The position numbers were made by a program, and so were the translations under genes. A model generated the notes under the pieces. The model saw only the letters and a program-made list of their open reading frames with translations, was not told the DNA's origin and made no database searches. 64,000 nucleotides of DNA from Octopus vulgaris (lineage: Eukaryota), in NCBI GenBank assembly GCA_951406725.2, contig OX597832.1, positions 40,176,001 to 40,240,000 on the forward strand. The letters are read 5' to 3'. Shown here piece by piece: positions 12,567 through 26,125 of this stretch; the first letter of the stretch is position 1; every line of letters begins with the position of its first letter.

Positions 12567-12571
12567 GTATG

Positions 12572-12604
<33 letters not shown>

Positions 12605-12687
12605 ATGTATGTATGTGTATATATATATATAAATATATGTATATGTATATATATGTATGTATGTGTATATATATATATAAATATATG

Positions 12688-12753
<66 letters not shown>

Positions 12754-12755
12754 TA

Positions 12756-12798
<43 letters not shown>

Positions 12799-13063
12799 AT
12801 ATATATATATGTATATATGTATGTATATATATATATATGTATATATGTATGTATATATATATGTATGTATATATGTATGTATATATATATGTATGTATAT
12901 ATATATATATGTATATATGTATGTATATATATATATATGTATATATGTATGTATATATATATATATGTATATATGTATGTATATATATATATATGTATAT
13001 ATGTATGTATATATATATATATGTATATATGTATGTATATATATATATATGTATATATGTATG

Positions 13064-13125
<62 letters not shown>

Positions 13126-13188
13126 TATATATATGTATGTATATATATATATATGTATATATATGTATGTATATGTATGTATATATAT
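12407..13188. repeat. (TA)n/(TATG)n mosaic satellite with ~28-bp higher-order unit
   Basis: Recurrent GTATATATGTATGTATATATATATATAT unit. Confidence 0.95.
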
Positions 13189-13683
13189 AAATCCTTAAAA
13201 TCCTTAAAAATGTTTTAGCCCGAAGGCCGCGGCCATGCTGGGGCACCACCGCTGAATGAGCCACACTAGTTTGTGAATCCACCTCTGATACGTGGCACTT
13301 GATCAACAAGGGAGTTCGATGCTGCTGCCCGCATCCGTGTCTCCTGTCGTGAGGTAGGTTCATCTGGGACTCCCAACAAGAAGAGATCCAGTTTAGTTTT
13401 AAAGAAACCCACATCCACACCATGTAAGTCTCTCAGGCATTTAGGGAGGATGTTGAAAAGCTGTGGTCCTCTGAAACCCAAGCTGTTGCAGTATCTGGAC
13501 CTGTATTTTGATGGTGATGTTGGAATCCTTGGCACCACGCAGCGGCGCCCCGTTCTGCGGTTGGAGTAACTTTGAATGCCAAAGTTTGGGACAAGACCCT
13601 CCAGGATTTTCCAGATGTATATTACTGCATATCTCTCCCGCCTCCGCTCCAGGGAGAAGAGGTTTAATACCTTCAGTCTTTCC
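13189..13683 (-). mobile_element. CR1-like LINE 3' fragment (ORF2 C-terminus + 3'UTR)
   Basis: [27 protein letters not shown]...FNILP...FKTKLDLFL is typical of a CR1-group ORF2 end. Short 3'UTR with GGTGCCCCAGCATGGCCGC, a GCC-TTCG-GGC hairpin and a (TTTTAAGGA)2 terminal repeat. Confidence 0.85.
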
Positions 13684-15365
<1,682 letters not shown>

Positions 15366-15949
15366 CACATACACACACATATACACAAACACATGTGTTT
15401 CCATTTTCTTTTCTTTATTTTCCATTTTATTTTTCAATTCTTATTTTGAAGAAACTCATTATTTTTACATTTTCTTTTCTTTCAAAAGAAATCTTAAGAC
15501 ATAATGAACGACATAGAAGTTCATTAACCAAGATTGTCAGAACTCGGAAACTTCAAAGGAATCGGTTCTCCTCAGATGTAGTTTACCATTAAACTGATAA
15601 CAAGCAAAGCTTTAAATTTTGTCTCTTCGACAAAAAAAAAAAACAAAAACATAACAAACAAAAAAGAACAAACATGTATTCTTATTTCAATAAATTCCCT
15701 TTTTCTTACACTTGTTACTCTAAACATATAATGTGGTATCATGAATAACACTCACTCTCTCTCTCTCTCACACACACATATACACCCACAGTTTATATAT
15801 ATTTGTGTATATATCAAATCCTTGGTTTAATGGCTTTCAGATTTGCAGCATTCGATGGTATAAATCTTGCTTGTTTTTTATTTTTATTTTGTAAAAAAGT
15901 CTCTCAAAATCAACCCTGGTCCTTTATGAGAAGCTGGACCTATGTTTTA

Positions 15950-16575
15950 CTTGTTTCATCGACCCTAAAAAGATGAAAGGCAAAGTTGGCCCCTGTAGAA
16001 TTTGAACTCAAAACATAGAGACAGGCAAAAAGCTGCCAACCGTTTCATCCGACTCTGCCAGCATGCTATCTTCATAATAATAAGATTAAGAACAACAATA
16101 ATGGTTTCAGATTTTGGCACAAGACCAGCAATTTTGGGGAAAGGGGTTACGGTGATTACATTGACCCCAGTGTTCAACTGGTACTTATTTTATCGACCCT
16201 GAAAGGATGAGAGGCAAAGTCAACCTCAGCGGAATTTGAACTCAATAATGATAATCCTTTCTACTAAAGGCACAAAGCCTGACATTTGGGGGGAGAGGAT
16301 TAGTCAATTACATAGACCCCAGTATTTCACTGGTACTTAATTTATCAACCCCAAAAGGATGAAAGACAAAGTCAACCTCAGTGGAATTTGAACTCAGAAC
16401 GTAGCAACGGGCTAACGATTCTGCCAGCTCACCACCTTTACCAGCTCGATAATAATAATTTAATCCTTTCCACTATAAACACAAGGCCTGAAATTTCGGG
16501 GGAGGGGATAAGTCAGTTACATTGACTCCAGTGCATAACTGGTACTTATTTCATTAACCTCCAAAAGGATAAAAT
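15950..16575 (-). mobile_element. Head-to-tail cluster of ~4 SINE B-variant copies with (ATT)n tails
   Basis: Repeated AACTGGTACTTATTT..GACCC..AAGGATGAAAGGCAAAGTCAACCTC blocks. Similar copies at ~890-1025, 23805-23970 and 28605-28812. Confidence 0.8.
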
Positions 16576-16672
16576 CTGTTAAACAAAATGTTATCACTCC
16601 CAATATTTTTTGTAATGGCTGTCCATGTTTCTCCATCTCTGTTCCTTAAAAGTTTCTGTTCCTACATTCTTT

Positions 16673-16881
16673 CATCATCATCATCATCGTTTAACATCCG
16701 CTTTCCATGCTAGCATGGGTTGGACAATTTGACTGAGGTCTGGCGAACCAGACTCCAATCTGATCTGGCAGAGTTTCTACAGCTGGATGCCCTTCCTAAC
16801 ACCAACTAGCTGTAGAAACTCTGCCAGATCAGATTGGAGTCTGGTTCGCCAGATCTCAGTCAAATCGTCCAACCCATGCTA
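16673..16881. mobile_element. Fold-back RTE tail (inverted duplication)
   Basis: ~73-bp arms TAGCATGGGTTGGAC...TTTCTACAGCT / AGCTGTAGAAACT...CCAACCCATGCTA around a ~23-nt loop. Confidence 0.85.
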
Positions 16882-17362
16882 TATATATTTATATATCAAG
16901 TAACGATTTCCCTTCTAATATACAGAATCAATAAATTTAATGCAATGGTAATTATTAAGTGTTCTAAGATGTGATCAGTTTGTAATTATTCCATTAAACA
17001 TGGGAAAATTACTTACTGACATACCAAGCTGGCCTCCCTGACAATAGACTATCTTGGATGGAATATCTTCAAATTGGTCAATTAAAGAAAGGCGTCAATG
17101 TAAAACACATGCGATTACTTTGTCGTTTAATAACTGCTGCAGCCGCCATCCTCTGATAGCCCAGCTCTTCCATTTAATTGCCAATTTCAGATGTTTTCCA
17201 GTTGAAGGAACATGCTTCTATGATTTCTTCAAATTTATAAATGGTTTAGTGAATATATAATAGACATTAAAAGTTTGATGGAATCATTGTTTTGTCGAAG
17301 AGGAATGAAGAACTGGAATATTGCATAACCGTCTGCTGTTCTGTGCACTACTGGCACTGAGC

Positions 17363-17426
17363 ATGGCACTTCACTTTCTAGCTAAAAAAAACCAACCAAA
17401 TTGTTTTCGGTATTCCTAGGTTCCAG
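17363..17426 (+). other. Candidate upstream (first) exon of PAK, donor CAG|GTATGA
   Basis: Unique sequence island ~17030-17430 ending in a strong donor. ATG 17363 reads MALHFLAKKKPTKLFSVFLGS-R into the PAK exon only if the A8 run at 17384-17391 is A9. Confidence 0.35.
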
Positions 17427-18020
17427 GTATGAATCCTACGTTGTGTGTTTGAAAGAAAGAATATATGACTTAGTCAGAGTGGGAAGCTTAGCAACTGGGA
17501 CTTTTTCAGGGCCTTGATGACCGGTAGGAGGAAGAAAGATAGTTGTCCTTGGGCCTGAGACCTAGTTTGAATGCTTACAACAGAGTGGGCATCACTAAAG
17601 GCATTCAAAGGGTCAGATGGTGATTTTAAACCAGGCAATGGATTGAGTCTAACACCCCAGAACAACTATCTGTATGATGGACTTCTGTACAGTTTCCATC
17701 TATCTAATTTCACTTAACTCTTTAGTATTCAAAACAGCTATATCAAGCCCAAACATTCTTCCTGTTTTATGTTTAAACTGGACAGATCAGGCCTCTCAAA
17801 CCTACCCTACAGTGTCATTCTAAAAATAAACAATCACATCATCAAAATCTTGAAGCCAGAAGACACTGTATGATAATTCAAAACAATGTGAAGAAATAAG
17901 CCTTACATTTGACACAATAATCTGAATGCTGGGGAACATGTACGCCATACAAACCGGGAAACTGATTTCATGAGCCTGGCTAGGCTTTAAAAGGATGCAT
18001 TTATTATATATATATATATA

Positions 18021-18180
18021 GTTAATCCAAACAAGAAAGCACAAAAAAACACAACGCGAGGACGTGGAACAAATATAGTATTATTGGACGCTCAGGAAAG
18101 GAGGAGGGTTTAACGTTTCGAGCGGAGCTCTTCATCAGAAACATAGGAGAAGGAAAGATCCAGAGAAGGGAAGACAGAGG
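18021..18180 (-). mobile_element. Second (TA)n-embedded Penelope-like fragment with hammerhead motif (18108-18142)
   Basis: Minus strand GUUU-CUGAUGA-A-GAGC(UCC)GCUC-GAAA-CG-UU-AAAC; flanked by (TA)n runs. Confidence 0.65.
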
Positions 18181-19711
18181 ATATATATATATATGAGCAC
18201 TATTAATAGTTAGAGTTTCTCATTTTTGATCTTCAGACAATTGTCCAAAGATTGGAAACTCAGAGTAACAAATAAGTTTTCAGCTTTCAATATGTCTAAA
18301 ATAACTTTACATTTCATATTGAATACTTTTATTCCCCCCCTCCTCTTGTTTGCATATTTTTTTAATGCCAAAACATACAGATACACAACACACACACACA
18401 CACACACTCTTATGCATGCACGGATTTTACTAACTCTTAAGCTTTTAATATGACTGAAGCAATTTACAAGATACAAAGAGCTACCAATTGACATCACGAG
18501 TATCGTTATAATCACCTTCCAGCTACTTAGTATCAACTTGTACTAACATTACGATGTCAAACTGCTATCTTTAGCTGAGAAGTTCAGTTAATAAATAATT
18601 CCTTTTTCAACTGAAGTGTATAATTCTAAACCTAGTTTCGTCTACTAATGCACTAATGGACGAAGTTGTTTCTGTTTTATTTTCGTTCTCTACCATTTTT
18701 TTCATATGCAGCTTTGCTTTCAGTTATTGTCTCCCAATCTTTCACTATTATTGACCCTTTTTACAAAAATCTGACACTTTGCTACCATTAAATACTTTCA
18801 TCATCATCATTTAGCGTCCGCCTTCCATGCTAGCATGGGTTGGACGGTGCAACTGGGGTCGGGGAAGCCAGAAGGCTGCACCAGGCCCAGTCTGATCTGG
18901 CAGTGTTTCTACAGCTGGATACCCTTCCTAACGCCAACCACTCCGTGAGTGTTGTGGGTGCTTTTTATGTGCCACCGGCACAGGTGCCAGACGGGACTGG
19001 CAAACAGCCACGGTCGGATGGTGCTTTATATGTGCCACCGGCACTGGTATCACAGCTACAATTTCCATTGATGTTGATCAATTTCGATTTTGATTGTGAT
19101 TCTCTTTATACTTTATTTGTATAAATTCTTTGTGGTTTAAACTTCACACTTTTTACATACTTGAACTGAACGCCAAACCACTCACACACATGCATATGGA
19201 CATGTAGATGCACACACTTGCACACACTCCTGAAGGCCCTCTGTCTATTTGTTTCTCCTCCCCTTTCTCTCCATCCACCACACCACACTGCCTCATTCAT
19301 CCTTCCATGCTCTCTTCCTCATCTTCTTTCTCTCATCTTTCCATTCTACATCCCTCACACACACAATCCACTTTACTTATTATTCGTTTAAATCTCTCAC
19401 CGCCACCCCACCCCTATTTAGCCCCTAGACACGTGTCTCATCTCTCACCTGATTCTATCTCTGGCCATACCCTAAATCATTGCGGGGCCCTCATTATCTG
19501 AAACCATTATTTTTATTCCCTGATTTCTTTCAGTTCTTGCTTATGTACGGCTTGTTTATGACAAAGAAATTAAGACATAGGTAACAGGTAATGTCTGGCA
19601 GGTTGTTCCTTGAAATCATACTGCAGTCCCCCATTGGGGTATCACTCCTATGTCTAGCTTACATACATGTATGTATATATGTATCTATCTATCTGTCTGT
19701 CTTTTTTTCTG

Positions 19712-20134
19712 GAAGGTGGCGAGCTGGCAGAATCGTTAGCACGCCGGGCGAAATGCTTAGCGGTATTTCGTCTGCGTTACGTTGTGAGTTCAAATTCCGC
19801 CGAGGTCGACTTTGCCTTTCATCCTTTCGGGGTCGATAAATTAAGTACCAGTTACGCACTGGGGTTGATGTAATCGACTTAATACCTATGTCTGTCCTTG
19901 TTTGTCCCCTCTGTGTTTAGCCCCTTGTGGGTAATAAAGAAATAGGTATTTCGTCTGCCATTACGTTCTGAGTTCAAATTCCGTTGAGGTCGACTTTGCC
20001 TTTCAACCTTTCGGGGTCAATAAATTAAGTACCAGTTACGCACTGGGGAGGGGGGGGGTCGATGTAATCGACTTAATCCTTTGTCTGTCCTTGTTTGTCT
20101 CCTCTATGTTTAGCCCCTTGTGGGTAGTAAAGAA
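19712..20134 (+). mobile_element. SINE family B, dimeric (monomer + second unit lacking A box)
   Basis: Head GGCGAGCTGGCAGAATCGTTAG, B box GAGTTCAAATTCC, core GTCGACTTTGCCTTTCATCCTTTCGGGGTCGATAAATTAAGTACC, tail AAAGAAATAGG. Repeat restarts at GGTATTTCGTCTG (19945). Confidence 0.9.
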
Positions 20135-22024
20135 ATATCTGTTTGTCTGTCTGTCTGTATGTTTGTATGCATGTGTGTATATGTATGTATGTGTGTGTGT
20201 GTGTGTGTGCAGGCATGGTTGTGTGGTAAGAAGTTTGCTTTTCAACTGCATGGTTCCAGTTTCTGTCCCAATGCATGGCTCTTTAGGTTGATTAAGCTTT
20301 GTGAGTGGATTTGGTAGACAGACATTGAAAGAAGTCCATCATGTGTGTGTGTGCATGTGTATATAGACACACACACAATAAAGAAAGTCATGTGACTGAC
20401 CCCCAAAACCCCCTTTTCTAAATAAGCCCCAGCTCACACAGCTTTACATTCTCTTTATGACTTGTCTACATTTCTACACCAGTGTATCTCTGACTACTTT
20501 ATCTATTGTTTCCTTCCGTAGATTAAGTAGGGTGTGATTTCAGAGAGAGATTTGGCTGCTATTTCCTGCAAGTCAAATCACCAGATAAAAGTTTCCTTAT
20601 TGATACACCCTTTTACTCCATGTTTCACAGTTCATGGCTGCTCATGTGGTAATTCTAATTTTATTTACATTTTGGAATTTTGTCCCCTATCCCCATCTAC
20701 CTGTGTTCCTTGACTAGATTTTAATTATCATTAGTCAACAACTCTGTTTCCCCTGTCTTCATTACAATGGTAATTATAATTATTCTACTCCCTACATTAC
20801 TATGCTAACACGCTCAACTATTAACACTTCCAGCAGATGGGCACCCTCGGCTATTTCACTCAGTCATCATGTTATTTTTAGTTGCATGCTACATCTAAAT
20901 AAGCAATACTCTGCAAATTCTATTGGCTGTTGCTCCTTCTTAGACTAAATTTTATCAAAATAGAAAAAAGGATGGATGGGAGAAAGGTCAGTCAGTGTGA
21001 GAGAGAGAGATTGGTGGGGAGAGAGGACTAGCCTCTCGTTAGACATTACTGTTTTAAAGTTATCTCCCTTGTAGCTCTTCTGTTATTACTATACATTATT
21101 ATGAAATAATTTTAACATGATCTTTGCTAATATAGAGAAGAATGAAACCCTCAGCAATAACATACTGCTCCCTCCTTTTACTGACAGCAATAGTTGTCCT
21201 TATTTATGACATCTACTCCAAGGAACCTCTATGCACTTGCTGGGTTTGCTAGAAATAGCAAACAAATTCTCCATCACACCTTTCCATTTTAAAAAAGGAG
21301 GGTCATATTAGATAATGTCACTCTGGATGCACTATATCTGAATAAAAGTTAGGATGGTCACAAGTGGGTACTCTTTTGGTCATACTCATGAAGAGATGAT
21401 CTAAGTTTAGTGAGGGAGTTTCTATGGTTACTTGACCTGCTAAAAGTAACAACCAAATTTCCCACAAATCGCACCTCCATCTTAGCAATGGATAACATAA
21501 TCTAAGATATGGTGTTTTAATAAAACCCTGGGTTGTCACTATTGAAACATCTTTGATCATAACCTAGGGATAAACAATACTATAATAACAAGCAGATAGG
21601 GTTGTGGTGACAAGGGGTTTATGTTACCTTTATATGTCAATAGTTGTTGTATATAAACAGTGTTTTAACTAATGCAATGTGAGTGCATTTGTGTTTATGT
21701 GTGATCCATGTCTGAGTCTGAAACTGGTGAACTGAAACGAGATCCCATTCCAAATGGTCCCCAGATTCTAAAAATTTCAGTCTGCTGCCAATGACCCAAT
21801 CATTTCGTTTTCTCACTTTAAACAAACCTTTTGAAACAAAAATTAATTAGGTAAATTCAGAATGTTACACATTAATTAACGTTAAGTTCACATCTATCCA
21901 AGTTGCTTTCTCTATACTCTCTCACTTGTATGACTAACCAGAGATGTGTAACAAGTTGCACTAGAAGAAACCCATCATGAAGTGCTTGTTAGCCAAAGTG
22001 GTTCTCTGTGTGCAGAAAATAGGC

Positions 22025-22056
<32 letters not shown>

Positions 22057-22451
22057 ATTAGCCATTGGTGGTGTTGGTAACCTCCCCTTCCGCTGCCAGA
22101 AAATGGCTAAAATAGTTTACTTGATAAAGTGATTCAGAAAATTATAATTTGTTTATAGCCTCAAGGATTTTAAAGAAGCTGCTATAAACCAGTGTAAATG
22201 ACTTGAAATTTCCTTTTACATATATATATACACATATATACATATCTTTGTCAGTGGTAGGGTTTTCTAGGCTAATAAGATGCCAGAAACTACTGTAAGA
22301 ACAAACTCTGCTACTTGAGTAACTAGTACTTTTTTGCTACTAAGTAAACTAAACAATTAATTACTCTACTTTATAATTAGTCTTGTTGTATATATTCATC
22401 TTTACAAGGCTTCATCTTAAAAATGCTTATTCATAAAATTATCAACTACCT

Positions 22452-22511
<60 letters not shown>

Positions 22512-22515
22512 TGGA

Positions 22516-22744
22516 TTAACCCTTTAGCATTTAAACCAGCCATATCCGGCCAAAAGTATTCTGCCTGTTTTATGTTCAAACTGGCCAGATCTGGTCTCTC
22601 ACACCAACCCTACAATATCATTTTAAAAATTAACAGCTACCTCATCGAAATCTCACAGCTCCAAGATAATGCATGATTAATTCAAAACAATGTGGATAAA
22701 AAAGCATTAATTTTGGTAGAATAATGCAAACACTAAAGGGTTAA
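22516..22744. mobile_element. TTAA MITE family 2, ~230 bp
   Basis: TTAA-CCCTTTAG ... CTAAAGGG-TTAA. Copies at 32399-32627, 26350-26567, ~37630-37840, ~17713-17930 and ~53257-53440. Confidence 0.85.
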
Positions 22745-23187
22745 ACTGGAGAAAATTGGTATATCTTTTTTTATCCCTGCTCTTTGTGTATCTTAACCCT
22801 TTTAATACCAACTTACCGAAGATCTCCCATACAAAAAGTGTTTGTGTGCAAATTAAAGTCTCAATCAAAATTTGATTTATGCATTGGCTTATTCCGGTTT
22901 AAGGTTTATTCCTATTTATTCAAGCTTCTTTTGTATATAAAGTAGGCAAACCTGCTTCATCCAAAGCATCTCATCTGCATCTGTGTGCGTTGGGTGGCCT
23001 CTAGATCTTATGGAAAAGGAAATGCAACAGAAATATGCTAATTCTTAGGTAGACAGCGACAGAACTTCTATCCGATGTTGGTATTTATAATATATTAAAA
23101 TACTAACCCCATACAGGTACTTCATCATGAGATTCCACTTTGTCAACACCAACATAATATGTACTAATTTATATCATTTTATGGATT

Positions 23188-23286
23188 AATTTGTCAGCAG
23201 GCAGTTTAACTTAATGGTAAAGCACTCGGCTGGAGTCTTTGAGGGATATGGGTTCAAGTCCCATGGCTGGTTGCTGACAAATTTTT
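23188..23286 (+). pseudogene. tRNA-like Pol III unit clamped by a 12-bp inverted repeat
   Basis: A-box-like TAACTTAATGGTAAAGC; perfect T arm ATGGG-TTCAAGT-CCCAT (23248-64); weak acceptor CAGTT/GGCTG; flanks AATTTGTCAGCA / TGCTGACAAATT; T5 at 23282-86. Confidence 0.5.
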
Positions 23287-23398
23287 CTGCTTTGTAAGGG
23301 TAGTTTACCCAGTATTTCTTGCTGTTCTAATGGCAATTCTGCATTTTAAAAAAATATCATATAATTTGTATCATTATATATATATATATATAATATAT

Positions 23399-23793
23399 AG
23401 GCATAGGAGTGGCTATGTGGTAAGTAGCTTGCTTACCAACCACATGGTTCCGGGTTCAGTTCCACTGCATGGCACCTTGGGCAAGTGTCTTCTACTATAG
23501 CCTCGGGCCGACCAAAGCCTTGTGAGTGGATTTGGGAGATGGAAACTGAAAGAAACCCATCTTATGTATGAATATATATATGTATGTATGTATGTGTGTG
23601 TATATGTTTGTGTGTCTGTGTTTGTTCTCCAACATCGCTGGTGTGTTTATGTCCCCGTCACTTAGTGGTTTGGCAAAAGAGACCGATAGAATAAGTACTA
23701 GGCTAACAAAGAATAAGTCCTGGGGTCAAGTTGCTCGATTAAAGGCGGTGCTCCAGCATGGCCACAGTCAAATGACTGAAACAAGTAAAAGAG
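23399..23793 (+). mobile_element. SINE family A, full length
   Basis: Same head, body and tail as 45121. Confidence 0.9.
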
Positions 23794-25089
23794 TATATAT
23801 GATGGCATTTCATCTGTCTTCACATTCTGAGTTCAGATTCTACTGAGGTCCACTTTGCCTTTCATCCTTTCAGGGTCAATGACCCTCAGTTGAGTACTGA
23901 GGGTCATTATAATTGACTCACCCCCTCCTCCAAAATTGCTGGCCTTGTGCCAAAATTTAAAATCAATATCATGATCATCATTTAATGTCCATTGTCTGTG
24001 CTGACATGTATACACCAGCGTTATTTATGCCGATATGTAAAGCTACAGAGACACTTAACCACCAAAATGTTGATTTATATTTATAATTAATTAAAGCACA
24101 TATGTAGTGTTATTCATTAGAAATATGGACAGGGAAAAGTCAATAAATATCCACCAAATTTAACTCATTAAATATGAAGTCTTATAGATATGTCCTCACT
24201 AAATAACAATCATTTTTACATTCAACATTTTGCAAAACAATCTTTCTGATTATCAACAAACTAGAAGGTTTTTCTCTTGAAGATATTGAACTCCTTTATA
24301 TTTCTGGTACAAAACTGATATGCTACTAGACCAGCTTGTCCTATTTATTATAAGGGTACAAGGGTTAAACTACAAAATGTCCTATGGTATTCTTTATCAA
24401 ACAGTCACAGTCATGCTGTGCCAGAGATCTCTTGTTCTTCATTAGTTTTGGTATATCTTTCATTTTGTATACCAAAGCCTTGTAAGTGGATTTGGTAGAC
24501 GGAAACTGAAAGAAGCTTGTCGTATATATGTACATATATATGTATGTATGTGTGTGTGTGTGTATATGTTTGTGTGTCTATGTTTGTTCCCCCAACATTG
24601 CTTGACAACTGATGCTGGTGTGTTTATGTCCCCTATTCTTATCAATCTCTTCTTCCAAATCCTATGGTCATTGGATGTTTCACATCCAACTCCCTTATAT
24701 TATTGTGGTACAATTGTTTTCATAGTCAAGGGAATAGAGATACAATTATATTAGAATGGAATTCTTTAGGGATCATCTGTGTGTGTGTGTGTGGTGTGAA
24801 ATAACACATATGGGATTTTATTCATACATACATAGATTAAAAGAAAGCTCATGTTTAGAAAAGAGAGGGGTGAGAAACACCTTGGCAGAAGTGTAAAATG
24901 TTAGTGTGCCAGTGTAAAAGTCCTTAAACATATCAACATGGTCCTCCTTCATAAGATGGCCAAATTCTAGAATGTCACAACCTTCTTGACACATGATAAA
25001 TTTAGTCGAATGTGTAATAATGCAGTACTCTTTTTCTTTTTATTTTTTGTTTTTGTTGAGTGTCAGTAGGAGTCTGAGAATGACATCAC

Positions 25090-25482
25090 TTCTTTCTCTT
25101 TATCTAATTTTCTTATCTCTCTTTCTCTCTTTTCCTTGTCTCACCTATTTCTCTCACCCTCCCTCTCCCCTTATCTCACTCTCTCTCCTTTTCGTGTCTC
25201 ACCTCTTTCTCTCTCTCATCCTTCCTCTTCTCTTATCTCACTCTTTCTCTCTCTCATCCTCCCTCTCCCCTTATCTCACTCTTTCTCTCCTCTCCTCTCC
25301 CCTTATCTCACTCTTTCTTTCTCTCTTTCCTCTCCCCTTATCTCACTCCCCTTCATATCTTTCTCTCCTTTAGTTTACTCTTTTTGTTTTCTTTTTTTTT
25401 TTACCTCAACTTTTCATTCTCTCTTTCTCTCGCTCTCTTTTTCTCCACTTATTTTCTCTCCTTTTTTTCTTTACTGCTCTCA

Positions 25483-25514
<32 letters not shown>

Positions 25515-25535
25515 TTCTTTCTCTCTCTCTCCTCC
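25090..25535. repeat. Polypyrimidine minisatellite (CTCTCCCCTTATCTCACTCT repeats) upstream of the PAK exon
   Basis: About five copies of CCCCTTATCTCACTC within a CT-rich tract. Confidence 0.8.
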
Positions 25536-25833
25536 CCAGAGTCTGCCTTATTCTACACCATACAAATCACTCTACATTTCCCTTCTAAAATGTATATCTC
25601 CACTTAATAACTTGACTCACCTCACTTACATCAATCAGTCAAGTGCTCTAATACTCTACACATAATGATGTTCTTCTCCTTCTTGTTGTTGCTATTCCAC
25701 CTCAACAAATTATAGCAACACAACAACAACAACAATAACAGTAACATACTATAACAACAACACCAACATCACCACCACCACCAGCAGCAGCAGTAGTAGC
25801 AACATTTTTGATGAATTTCTTATTCTTTTGCAG

Positions 25834-25919
25834 AGAGGTAAACATGCCATTGGAGAATAAACCTCTTCCAAAGGAACCTGACAGTAAAGAAGAGAAGAAG
25901 AAGATGAAAGTTCCAAAAG
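25834..25919 (+). CDS. PAK: Internal coding exon of a group-I p21-activated kinase (PAK1/2/3-like), N-terminal region upstream of CRIB
   Basis: Acceptor tttcttattcttttgcAG (AG 25832-33) and donor AAG|GTAAGC (GT 25920-21); 86 nt, phase 2 in and phase 1 out. Encodes EVNMPLENKPLPKEPDSKEEKKKMKVPK, matching the KPLP(K/P)xP..EEKKK segment of group-I PAKs as recalled (human PAK1 KPLPPNPEEKKKK; Drosophila Pak RPLPKEPDDSDRKKK). No CRIB or kinase exon seen in the window. Confidence 0.8.
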
Positions 25920-26125
25920 GTAAGCTTCCTTCTCTGTATCTTTCCATCAGATAGCATCATCTCTCTCACCTTGTAAACATCTGCTGGCAGACGCACAGAC
26001 AAGAATTATAAGAAAACAGAGACGCACGTCTTTATCTGTTTTATTTGTTTTATCTGTAAGCAGGAGCTGTGCCCATGGATTTTGCGGGGCCCTTCGAGAA
26101 CAGCGAGTTGTGCAAATTTAATCTG

